A DNA stretch of 63,885 nucleotides, counting the filler, from Chiloscyllium plagiosum (lineage: Eukaryota): NCBI RefSeq assembly GCF_004010195.1. It is 4 parts of one record of this genome, joined end to end, with 100 filler letters (N's around TTAATTAATTAA, not from the genome) between each part and the next. Parts side by side here need not be neighbours in the genome. Positions count along the whole stretch, not along the records: positions 42,451 to 61,274 come from NC_057717.1; positions 61,375 to 63,885 come from NC_057717.1; 2 more parts are not named here. One strand, 5' to 3'. A program made the translations under genes and the position numbers. The first letter of the stretch is position 1. The number at the start of each line of letters is the position of its first letter. This document shows, in pieces, positions 53,963 to 63,885 of the stretch. A model generated the notes under the pieces. That model searched no databases. It was not told the origin of the DNA and worked only from the letters and a program-made list of their open reading frames with translations.

Positions 53963-54212
53963 TGGGAGACTGTGTAATGTTACACACAGAATCAGTCACA
54001 AAAAAAAGGGCAAGAGAAATTTTAATGACAAGGGGCAAAGTGGATTCGAGATAAAAATGTTCTCTGCTAGAAATTATATTCAGCCAGCCAACTGAGTGGG
54101 AGACTGTTAATGTTACACACAGAATCAGTCACAAAAAAAGGGCAAGAGAAATTTTAATGACAAGGGGCAAAGTGGAGTCGAGATAAAAATGTTCTCTGCT
54201 AGAAATTATATT
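53950..54212 (+). repeat. ~132-bp near-perfect tandem duplication
   Basis: ccagccaactgagtgggagactg...gctagaaattatatt x2, with a few small differences. Confidence 0.93.
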
Positions 54213-55472
54213 TTATAATGAGACAAGTGTTTGGAAGCTGTCTTTGGTTGAATACAATAAGGTGAGACAAGTGAAATAACCAGAATGACTAATTGTGATT
54301 GGATATCGATAACCATAAAATAAGTGCATGTTTTTGATTGATCTGTGGAAGGCATGCTGACAATTGTATGAATTTATAAATCAGATGAAATATATTGTAA
54401 GGAGACTCCGTCCACATGGGAAATGCCTTCTGAACACATGCTAGAAGAACCCCGTGGTATGAAGTGTCTGAGAATCGTCTGCTCGCTAACAGGAACCTGG
54501 GAGTTGAAGGACTGGAAGTTCCTGTAACATGGAGATGAGAAATCCATCAGAACACCCCCAAACGAATTGAACGTTGGAGCATATTCGAAGTACTGAATGG
54601 CCTCATGATGGATTTTAATTGTGTGTGATTTGAAAACGTACATCTCTATTCTATCCTCTTACGTGTTACGCACTGGGGCACAGCCGTTTTCCTGAAACTT
54701 GGAATAAGTTGGAACAATACCTGAAACATTCCATAATTGGCATTCCCCAGAATATCTCTAACTATGTGGGGGGCATTGGAAAGGCAAGAGAGAAAGAGAG
54801 GGAAGGTGCTGCATGCAGTAGTGTGAGTGGTGGAGCATGAGCCTTGTTCGGGGGTCGGTGCTATAACAGATATACAGTGAGTGTGAGGGAGCAGAGAGAA
54901 TACGGTGACCCTTATCCTGACAGAGTGGGGAAGCGTATTGATGCTTGTCCTGTTTTATCGGACATTTCTTCAGACCCCAGAAACTGCACTGAGCTGGGTG
55001 GTGAGCTCAGCCCATGCTCGTTGGATCTGGTAGTGTGGCCCCCTCTGGGAAGAGAATGGTCCCCTTTTGTACGAGCGCATCCACCAGGACCTCCGTGCTG
55101 CTGTCGACAAACCATTGTGTAATTTCGCCTTCATTGCCATGCTTTTGGAAAATGTGCAGGGGAGCTCCAAACTGAGAAAGCGCAACCGTGTGCCCATTGA
55201 TCTTTTAAAGATGGCACCAGTGTCAGGGGCATCCGGGCGATGGTGAGTACCTCCAGTCATGATGGGTGGGAGAATCGGGCTGGCATTGTATGAGAGGGAC
55301 ACTATGGAATGGGGTGGGTAGTTAATGAAATGAGTTTGGTAAGATAGCACCAGGAAACTAGCTCGGCCTCGTGCAGACAACCCCCCTGTCACACTAAATG
55401 AAAATGTCACTGAGACAGTTTTTTGTGAGATTCAGCCCAGTGAGGCGAAGACTCTGCTGTCCTCATTCCCAG

Positions 55473-55650
55473 TTAAAAAGTTGCAGAACAAATGCTCATC
55501 CAAAACTCTCCATCGCCTGAACTCACAGCAATATCCCTTTCACTCACAATTCTTCATAATACTGACCCGTGTTGCATGATACTTATGAAATGTCTTCATT
55601 TCAGCATTCTGAACCTGTGAACATATACTTCCATGACATTTTATCTCAGT
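55473..55650 (+). pseudogene. G6: isolated exon 2 relic (duplicate of G2 exon 2)
   Basis: Acceptor cattcccag; ISLSLTILHNTDPCCMILMKC aligns without gaps to INNS..LLPN.TLGY..YD.C; DNA homologous to 17860-18030. Confidence 0.6.
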
Positions 55651-55699
55651 CTCCCCCCCCCCCTCCCCTACTCTGTCTTCACCCCAAAACACACTCATT

Positions 55700-58000
55700 T
55701 ACAGTCATATTGCACGGGACTGCCAGTATGACCGACATTTGGCCCAGCTGGTCCATGGCAACCAAAATGTACATCCAGACTCACCCCATTCCCCTGTCCT
55801 TGTTCTGTATCCCTCCAATCCTTTCCTCTCTGCGTATTTGTCCAAATGCCTTTTCAATGTTGTTATTGTACCCACCTCAATCACTTCCACTGATAGCTCC
55901 ATCCATATGCGTACCACACTCTGTGAAAAAAGGTTGCTCCTCAGTTTCCTTTTTATATTTTTTATCCTTTCCAAACATTAATGGATATCCTCTAGTCCTC
56001 GATTCCACAACCTTGGGAAAAAAGTTTGAAGTATTCACCCCATGCACACCTGTCATGATTTTATAAGCACCCTCTCATTTTCCTACGCTGTAAAGAAATA
56101 AGTTCTAACCTGTCCAACCTTTGCCTATAACTTAGAGCCTTTAGCCCAGGGAACATCTTTGGAAATTTGTTCTACGTACTTTCTTGTTCAATAATATCCT
56201 TTCTAGAGCAACCTGAACAAAACTGAACACAATACTCCAATACAGCCTTACCAACATCCTATACAACTGCAGCATAACGTCCCAACGTCTATACTCAATG
56301 CGTTGATGAAGGCCAATGTGCCAACAGCCTTCTTCACTGTCCTGTGTATCTGTGACACAAATTTCAGACAACTGTGCACCTGATCTCCAACATCTTTTTG
56401 TTACACTACACTCCTTAAGGCACTATCATTCGTCATTAAATTCCTACCTGGATTTGACTTTCCTAAATGCAAGACACTTACCTACATTAAACCCCATTTG
56501 CTATTTCTCAGCCCACTTCCTCAGCTGATCAGGGTACTGCTGCAATTTCTGATAATGTTCCTCAATGTAAATGATGTCTCCTAGTTTAGTGTCATCTGCA
56601 AACTTACTAACGCTGCGTTGTGCACTCTGGTCCAAATCATTGATATACATAACAAACAGCAATGGGCCCAGGACCGACCACTGAGGCACTCCACTAGTCA
56701 CAGGCCTCCAGTCCAACAAGCATACCTCCACCATAGCCATTTGCTTCATAACATTAAGCGAATTCTGTCGCCAATTTGCCGATTTACATTGGAGTCCATT
56801 CGATCTAACCTTCTAGAGCGGCCTACCATGTGGAACCTTATCAAAGGCCTTACTGGTCTGTATTTCCCAGGCTTTTCTTTGCAGCCCTTCTGAATAAGGG
56901 CATAACATTTGCTACTGCCCAGTCTTCCGGGACCTTGCCCCTGAACTATCTTCTCTCGCCTCGTGCAGTGCTCTTAGATATATCTGGTCAGGACCAAGAG
57001 ATGTATCTGACTTTGTGCATTCTAGTATGTCCAACAGCACCTCTACTGTGATATGGACTGTGCCAAGATATCGCAACTAACCTCCCAAAGGTCACAGGTC
57101 TTCATGTCTTTCTTCATGATAAACACAGAGGGGAAATTGAGGACCTCACCCATCTCTTGAAGTTTTACACATGCATGCCCATTTTGGATTTTAAGGCGTT
57201 GTATTCTCTCTCTAGTTGATCTTTTTCTTTACTATAGTGAATTTGGATTCACCCTAATCTGCTCAGCCAAGGCTATCTCATACCACACTTTAGCCCTGCT
57301 GAATTCCTTCTGCCGTAAACTCCTGTATCCCCTGTGTACCTCCAGAGATTCCCTTGATCCCAGCTGCCTGTACATGAGCGCCGCCTCTTTTTTTGCTGGT
57401 CAGAGCCTCAATAGCTCTTGTCATTCACGGTTCTCTCTTCCAGCCTCACTTTCCCTTCACCCTCACAGGAACATATCAACCTTGATCTTGAGCTATCTCA
57501 CTTTTGAAGCTCTCCCTCTTTCCAGGGATCCTTTTACCTGGAAACACACTACTCCAATCATTCCCTGCAATCCCCTGTCTAATTTCAACAAAATTCGCCT
57601 TGCCCCAATTTAGAACATGAATCTGTGGACCAATGTTGTCCCTACCATACCTATTTTAACATTAATACAGCTCTGGTCACTTTTCCCAAAATACTCCCCA
57701 AATTTACCTCCGTCACCTATCCATCCCTATCTCCCAACAGTCGACTTTGTCCCTTCCCGAGTAGGATGCTCTATATATTGCTTGTGGAAATTTTCCTGAA
57801 CACACTTAACAAATTACGTTCCATCTAAGTTCTTAACTCTCTGGAAGTCCCCGTCTATGTTAGGATAATTAAAATCACCTATTATGACAACCCTATTGCT
57901 CCTTCCAGTCTGACCAGACTCCCCGCATATTTGTTCTTCTAATTCCCATTGATTATTTGAAGGCGTATAGTACAACCACTATAACATTACCATCCTCCTC
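55700..58000 (-). mobile_element. CR1 LINE (endonuclease to 3' end, internally deleted)
   Basis: SGVPQWSVLGPLLFV.YINDLD, FADDTKLG; VVIGDFNYP.I.W motif near 57850-57890. Confidence 0.9.
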
Positions 58001-58384
58001 TTACTTGTTTGCATCATTTGCAAAATCTCATTGGATATTATCTCAGTTATTTCATCTTCAAATACTCGAGTGATATGCACCTTAATCAGAACTATTGGTA
58101 TTTAAAATTGTTTCCATTTACATCTCTTCCTCGCAGTGACTTTCACATTCGCAGCATCCCTTGTCAAGGCACAGTGGAGATATGGAGCTATAAATGGATG
58201 GCAGCTGCACATCCTGTCAGTTCCAAAATTGGCTGTAAGTTGTCCCACACTGGGCAGCGATCTAACACAGTGTTACCGAACAATGCAACAGCCTGGGTTT
58301 ATACATGAATGAACCAGTGCGGACTGCACAGCTCCCTATGCTGGACATTTAGCCCAGGATTATAGATCCAGCATTGGTGTGGAC

Positions 58385-58492
58385 TGAACCCTGGATGACA
58401 AGAGATATTGAGGCTCTGAACAGAAAAAAAATGAAGCGGCGCTCAGGTACAGGCAGCTGGGATCAAGGGAAACTCTGGAGGTACACAGGGAA
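58385..58492 (+). mobile_element. Small inverted CR1 fragment
   Basis: Inverted repeat of 57329-57432. Confidence 0.8.
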
Positions 58493-58689
58493 CACAGGAG
58501 TTTCTCTCTGCACATAGCTGGTTTGCATTCAGCAGCACACTAGCCGGATCTACACAGTGCTCCATCCTGAATATGTAATGGTTATGTGTGTTGGATTGCG
58601 AATGTGAGAGAACTAAACATCTGGCAATGCCTTTATTTTGTGTTTTAAATCTTGTGATTGGACTCTTCAAATCCTGACTCATCCGGTTA

Positions 58690-58800
58690 GACCCATCCTT
58701 CTGGATGTGTCATGGCGTCTGTTGTTCCAGCATCTGTGTCGGCAAAATGACCAACAAATGGAGCAGAGGCTGCAGAGAGGACAGTCTCTGTAAAATGGAA
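58690..58800 (+). pseudogene. G7: orphan exon-1 relic paralogous to G3 exon 1
   Basis: ctggatgtgtcatggcgtctgt..gcatctgtgtc..atgaccaacaaatggagcagaggctgcagagag aligns to the reverse complement of 31970-32062. Confidence 0.65.
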
Positions 58801-59004
58801 TTAGGGACACACAATCATGTCAGCCGTGGTCTCAGTGAATTTTGGGGCAGGATTGAATGGACCCCTGATGCAACTTATTCACATATTTCTGTTTGTTCCA
58901 AGCAAACTCCCCTTCTCTCCCAGTGTCCCATACTGGTGGGGAGTGAGTCCCCTCCTCCTGTTCCTGCGTAACAGGATCCTCGGGCCTCACTAGCCTCCAG
59001 ATTT

Positions 59005-59135
59005 CCCTGTGCCCCAGTTTTTGCAGTTGAGTGACTGCCTCCTGTTCCTGTGTCCCAGTCTCGAACAGTTGAGTCTCCTGTTCCTGTGTCCCAGTTTCAA
59101 GCAGTTAAATGATTCCCTCCTGATCCCAAGTTTGT
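59005..59135 (+). repeat. ~35-40-bp minisatellite, about 3.5 units
   Basis: ctcctgttcctgtgtcccagt..cagttgagt repeated. Confidence 0.8.
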
Positions 59136-60109
59136 GAAAATACATGTCCTCCTCCTGCTCCTGAGTAACAGGTTCCAATAGCTCTGTGCTCACCTGCTTC
59201 TCCTGTGGAATTGAGGTGAGGGACTGAATGGCCTCTTCACATTCTTTACAGCTTTTCTTGACTAAAGGCCTTTCTCCTGTTTCTGTAAAACACCATCAAA
59301 TTCTGAATGATGTATTTTTGTATTTGACTCTCAGGAATTGAGCAAACAAGCCGACTGGCAGAATTCAGATGCTGAATCGCCTCCTCCTCTTCCCGTGTTA
59401 TGCACTGAAGAGTCAACAGACTCTCAGAGATGCACAGCAAGGAAAAAGATCGTTTGGTCTGGTCATTCATACCACCAAATATCCTAAATTACTCTCGTCC
59501 CCCTTGCCAGCTGGTGGCCCATCTCCCTCTACACACATCCCATGCATATATCCATCCAAATGCTTTTTAAATGGTGTAACTGTACCTGTATCCACCACCT
59601 CTTTTGGCTGTTCAATCCGTACACACAGCAGTCTCTGTGTGAAAATGTTGTCCCTCATGTGTCTTTTTAAATCTTTCTCCTCTCACCTTAAACCTTTGTC
59701 ATCTAATTGTGGACTTGTCTATCCTGGGAAAAGACATTGACTGTTTACCTTATCTATGCCCCTCATGATTTTATAAACCCCTTTAAGGTCCCCCCTCAGC
59801 CTCAACACTTGAAAATAGTCCCAACCTATTCAAACTCTCCCTGCAACTCTAACCCTCCAATACCTGCAACATTCTTTTAAATCTCTCCTGCATCCTTTCA
59901 AGTTTGACAACGCCTTTCCGACAGCGGAGAGACCAGAATTAAAGGCAATATTACCAAAGTGGCCAAACCAATGTCCTGTACAGATTTTGTAAAGCAAATG
60001 TTTCGACTCAAAGCACGAACCATTAAAGGGAAGATCACCAAGTGCCTTCTTCACTGCGTTGTCTACCTGTGACGGCACTTTCAAGAAACGGAGAACCTGC
60101 ACCACGAGT

Positions 60110-60440
60110 CTAGCTTTGCTGCCTCACAGGGCAGCGACCTGGGTTTAATTCCATCCTTGAATGACTCGCTGTGTGGAGTTTGTACATTCTCCCCGTGTCT
60201 GTATGAGTTACCTGCGGGTGCTATGTTTTACACTGACAGTATAAGGATATACAGGTAAGGATAGATTGGCCATGCTAAATTGCACACCGTACCCAGGGTT
60301 GTGTAGGGGAGGTGGATTAGCCTGGGGAAATGCAGTCTCAGAGGGATAGAGTAGGGGTTTTTCCAGTGGGATACTGTTTAGAGCTTCGGTGTAGCCTCGA
60401 TGGGCCGAATAGCCTGTTTCCAAACTGTAGGGATTCGATA
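60110..60440 (+). mobile_element. HE1 SINE nested in CR1
   Basis: tgcctcacag head, gtgtggagtttgtacattctcccc V-domain. Confidence 0.82.
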
Positions 60441-61274
60441 ATCTCTATGGAGTTCTATCATGTCCTGCCTTGATTTGTCTGCCAAAATGCAACACCTCAC
60501 ATGAAACTAAAATATACTCTATCTGCCACTCCTTGGCTCACATAAACAAGGTCCCATTATAGTCTGAGAGATCATTCTTCACGGTCGACGAAATTTGTTA
60601 TTATCAACAAACTTACTGACCATACTTCATATACTCAAACGCAAATGATTTGTATAAGTGGCAAAAGACAGTGGACCCACTATTGATCTTTGCGGCACGC
60701 CACTGGTCACAGGTCTCCAAGTTTAATGACCAAATGTCCACTCTCACGGCCTGTCTCCAATTTTCAAGAAAATTTGGGATCTAAATTGCAAGCTCTCCCT
60801 GGATTCCAGGCAGTATAACCTTATTAACCAGTCTACCATGTAGAACATTTTGGTTATCTTACTGAATTTCATAAAGACAACATCCACTCTCCTGCCTTCA
60901 TCTTCATCACTTCGTCAAAAGATTACACCGATTCAGTGAGACGTGATCTCCAATATACAAAGCCCTCTTCAGTCCTTGTCTTTTCAAATGCATACACATA
61001 CTTTCCCACAAAATCCCCTCCAACAATTTCGCCACCATTGACATCAGGCTCAGCGATCTATGGTTACCTGTTGTTTTTTTCCTTACTTTCTTAAATAATG
61101 ACACTATGTTAGCAGCCCTCCAGTCTTTTGACACCTCACCTGTGGAAATCAATGATACAAATACATCATCAAAATGCTGACCAATCTCCTTCATGGCTTC
61201 CCACAAACATTTGGGATACAACTGATCAGGTCCCAGGGATTGGTTCACCTTTATGTGTTTTAAAATGTCAAACA

Positions 61275-61374
61275 NNNNNNNNNNNNNNNNNNNNNNNNNN
61301 NNNNNNNNNNNNNNNNNNTTAATTAATTAANNNNNNNNNNNNNNNNNNNNNNNNNNNNNNNNNNNNNNNNNNNN
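61275..61374. other. Scaffold gap with linker
   Basis: N block with TTAATTAATTAA. Confidence 0.95.
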
Positions 61375-61999
61375 CAATCTCCCATGCACAAAGCCATGTT
61401 GACTATCCCTAATCATTTCATGCCTTTGCAAGCACTTGTTAATCCTATTCCTCAGAGTCCCTTCCAACAACTTGCCTGCGCTGGCTTCAAGCTCATAGTT
61501 CCATTGTTCCACGGTCTTTCCGAACCACCTTTCTTAAAATCATTACACATCCCCCGTCTTCCAGGAATTCACCTGTGACTATCGATGATATAAACATTTC
61601 ATTGAGGGGCCGAACAATCACCTCACTAGCTTTCCACACAATTCTGAGATACACCTGATTAGGTCCCATTGATTTATCCACTTTGATGCGATTTAAGACA
61701 ACTTGTACTAACTCCTCTGCAATATGAACATTTATCAAGTTATCACTATTTAGTTCTCCAAACTCTTTAGCAGCCATATCACTCTCCAGTAATAAAAATG
61801 AGATGTGAAATACTCGCATAATATCTCTACCACCTTCTGTGGTTCCATAGATGACCTTGTTAATCTTTAAGGGGTCCTTTTATCTACCTGGTTATTCTTT
61901 TATCTGCGATGTATTTGCATTATCTCTTTGGATTCTGTTTCAACCATTTCCTCGAGCGATCTCATGTCCAATTTTTTGCTCTCCTGATCCACACTCGAG

Positions 62000-62950
62000 A
62001 TTACTCCCGTAAGAACGTGACCCTTTACACATAATCCATCCGATTCTGCCATATTTTCACCTAGGAGGAGCAATGCCGCTTCAGAACATCTCAGAAAGTT
62101 TTCCGATTTCAAGGATCGCAATTTTCCTCTAACGTGATCAACAATGTCCTCCAACGCATGTCTCCCAATTCCCACACGACCGCCTTTTCCCCACCACTTC
62201 AACCACAATAGGAATCTTACCCCAGGCCTCACCAACCACCTCACTAATCGCCAGATACAGCGCATTAACCTCGGCCAATTCTACTAACTGCTGTCAGACC
62301 CCACCACCAGCGATATTTTCCTTTCCCACCCGTATCTGCATTCTGCAGAGACCATTCCCACTGCACCTCCCTTGTAGTCACGGAGGGAACGCTCTTTGAG
62401 GAAAGCAGAAATAGGTTTGGAGGGACATAACGTTCCTGGTGGTGGGGTCCGTTTGGAGGTGGCGGAAATGTTGTCATCTGATGTGATTTATGCGAAGGTT
62501 GGGAGGGTGGAAGGTGAGCACCGGGAGAGGGGGTAGTTCTGTCCTTGTTACGGTTGGGGGGTGGGATTTGAGGATGGAGAGGCGGAATATGCATCTCCAT
62601 CTGCGTGGAGGGCAACTTTAACCAAGTGAGAAGGGAAATTGCGGTCTCTAAGGAATAAGGCCATGATGTGTTCTGTGGTGGAAATTGTCTTCCTGGGAGC
62701 AGATACGGCAAAGGCGGAGGAAATGGGAATATGCGGTGGGATTTTTGCAGGCGGTCGGGTGGGCAGATTTGACATCCAGGTAGCTGTGAGAGTCGGTGGG
62801 TTTGTAAAAAATGTCAGTGTCAAGTCGGTCATTCTTTAATGAAGATGGAGAGGTCCAGGAAGTGGAGGGAGAGGGAGGTGTCATAGATGGTCCAGGTGGA
62901 CCAGGAAGGGGAGCGAGTTGTCAGAGATGGTCCAAACGGACCCTACCACC
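62000..62950 (-). mobile_element. Penelope-like RT/linker fragments in both orientations
   Basis: TDIFYKPTDSHSYLD..HP, YSHFLRL.RICS on minus (62370-62890); a paralogous linker piece on plus (62010-62375). Confidence 0.8.
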
Positions 62951-62959
62951 AATGTCTGT

Positions 62960-63885
62960 CCTCTCAACTTAAAAATGTCGCCCCTAGTCTTGAAACTACC
63001 ATGTCCAAAGGAAAGGATAACGAATATTAACTCTATCTATACCTTCAGTATTTTATTCACTTCTATTAGATCGCCTCTCAGCATTCAATGAAAATTTGCA
63101 ACAAATCCCGCATTTCTCCATAACTGAGACATTCCATACCTAGCAACATCCCGGTAAATCTCATCTGAAACCTATCCAGCTTAATAATATTCTTCCTATA
63201 ACTGGGCGACCAGAACTAGATGCTGTATTGTAAAAGAACCTTCACCTTCACGTATTATCTCCTTCACCAAAGGACTGAGCAAGTGACATGCACACTTCAA
63301 ACCATTTTATGTATCCACGTTGCAAACTTCAAAGATTAATGTACCTGAACCCCGAGGTCTCTCTGTTCTACAGAACTGTAGAAGGTCCTACCATTTATTG
63401 TATAAGCCCTACCTTCTTTTTTTTAGATTAGATTACATTACAGTGTGGAAACAGGCCCTTCGGCCCAACGAGTCCACACCGACCCGCCGAAGCGCAAACC
63501 ACCCATACCCCTAAACATACTTACCTAACACTACGGGCAATTTAGCATGGCTAAATCACCTGACCTGCACATCTTTGGACTGTGGGAGGAAACCGGAGCA
63601 CCCGGAGGAAACCCACGCAGACACGGGGAGAACGTACAAACTCCACACAGTCACTCGCCTGAGGCGGGAATTGAACCCGGGTCTCCGGCGCTGTGAGGCA
63701 GCAGTGCTAACCACTGTGCCACCATGCCGCCCACAATTGGTTGACACAAATGCAATACATCACATTTATTCAGATTGAATTCCATCTTCGGTTTTTCAGC
63801 CATTCAGACATATCATCGGGATTCCTTTGTAATCTTAGATAACCTCCTTCACTGCCCACGATGCCATCCTTCAGTCTTCCATCCC
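62960..63885 (-). mobile_element. CR1 3' fragment interrupted by HE1
   Basis: ggcgaccagaact, agcaacatcccggtaaatct. Confidence 0.7.
63423..63732 (-). mobile_element. HE1 SINE, full-length and young-looking
   Basis: GGGCGGCATGGTGGCACAGTGGTTAGCACTGCTGCCTCACAGCGCC..GGGTTCAATTCCC, full V-domain and TCTAA tail. Confidence 0.95.

Larger units (their letters stand above)
42451..55400 (+). pseudogene. TAS1R: G5: TAS1R/T1R-like pseudogene, exons 4-6 (duplicate of G3)
   Basis: ex4 42451-42633 (DCPPSSY.DL; RIQFVT; gtactg donor). ex5 ~42715-42845 (LCS..; QCT...G). ex6 ~54385-55400 (DEIYC, KFL*HGD, HWGTAV, IIGIPQ, ELSPCSLDLVVWPPLGREW, GELQT, DGEYL, GG*LMK*, HTK*). Confidence 0.78.
42451..55645 (-). repeat. 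Arm B of the inverted duplication, expanded by insertions
   Basis: See arm A. Extra CR1 at 43367-43965 and extra ~46480-53860 including the L1. Confidence 0.92.
59420..61960 (-). mobile_element. CR1 fragments (at least two copies) around a gap
   Basis: DWRAANIVSLFKK, KLLEGIL, SQHGFV, DKSMGP.QVY. Confidence 0.85.

Noticed and set aside
55211..55400. ATGGCACC...GG*L read as exon 1 (GD..GGLF) of G6, and TRKL / NKC..RLNS read as 7TM motifs further on
   Set aside because: DG(E/K)YL and GG*LMK* with about the expected spacing fit TM6-TM7 better, and 55473 onward aligns without gaps as exon 2.
63660..63732. tRNA-like sequence
   Set aside because: Head of an HE1 SINE, not a tRNA gene; the same applies to the other A/B-box hits.

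Overview
Repeat-dense vertebrate genomic DNA. It is almost certainly from a shark or other elasmobranch, judged from about 10 HE1/V-SINE copies with (TCTAA)n tails, many CR1 LINEs, Penelope-like elements, Rex1/Babar fragments and an L1/Tx1-type LINE. There are five N-gaps and I found no intact host gene. Between the repeats, the unique sequence translates with stops and frameshifts into the conserved exon series of class C (Venus-flytrap/cysteine-rich/7TM) GPCRs, with motifs closest to T1R/TAS1R taste receptors (AAEDLN..LLLN..G, SFLNTT, IPGL..I.G..LGF..VPG, LVVWPPL.RE, DGKYL(P)A, GG*LMK*). I reconstruct about seven decayed gene relics: G1, G2, G3 and G4 on the minus strand, and G5, G6 and G7 on the plus strand. 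A diverged inverted duplication (~17.9-23.1 kb versus ~42.5-55.6 kb) has arms that share inactivating lesions. All protein similarities were judged by eye from remembered family motifs, so exon boundaries are approximate and the subfamily call needs a search and phylogeny.
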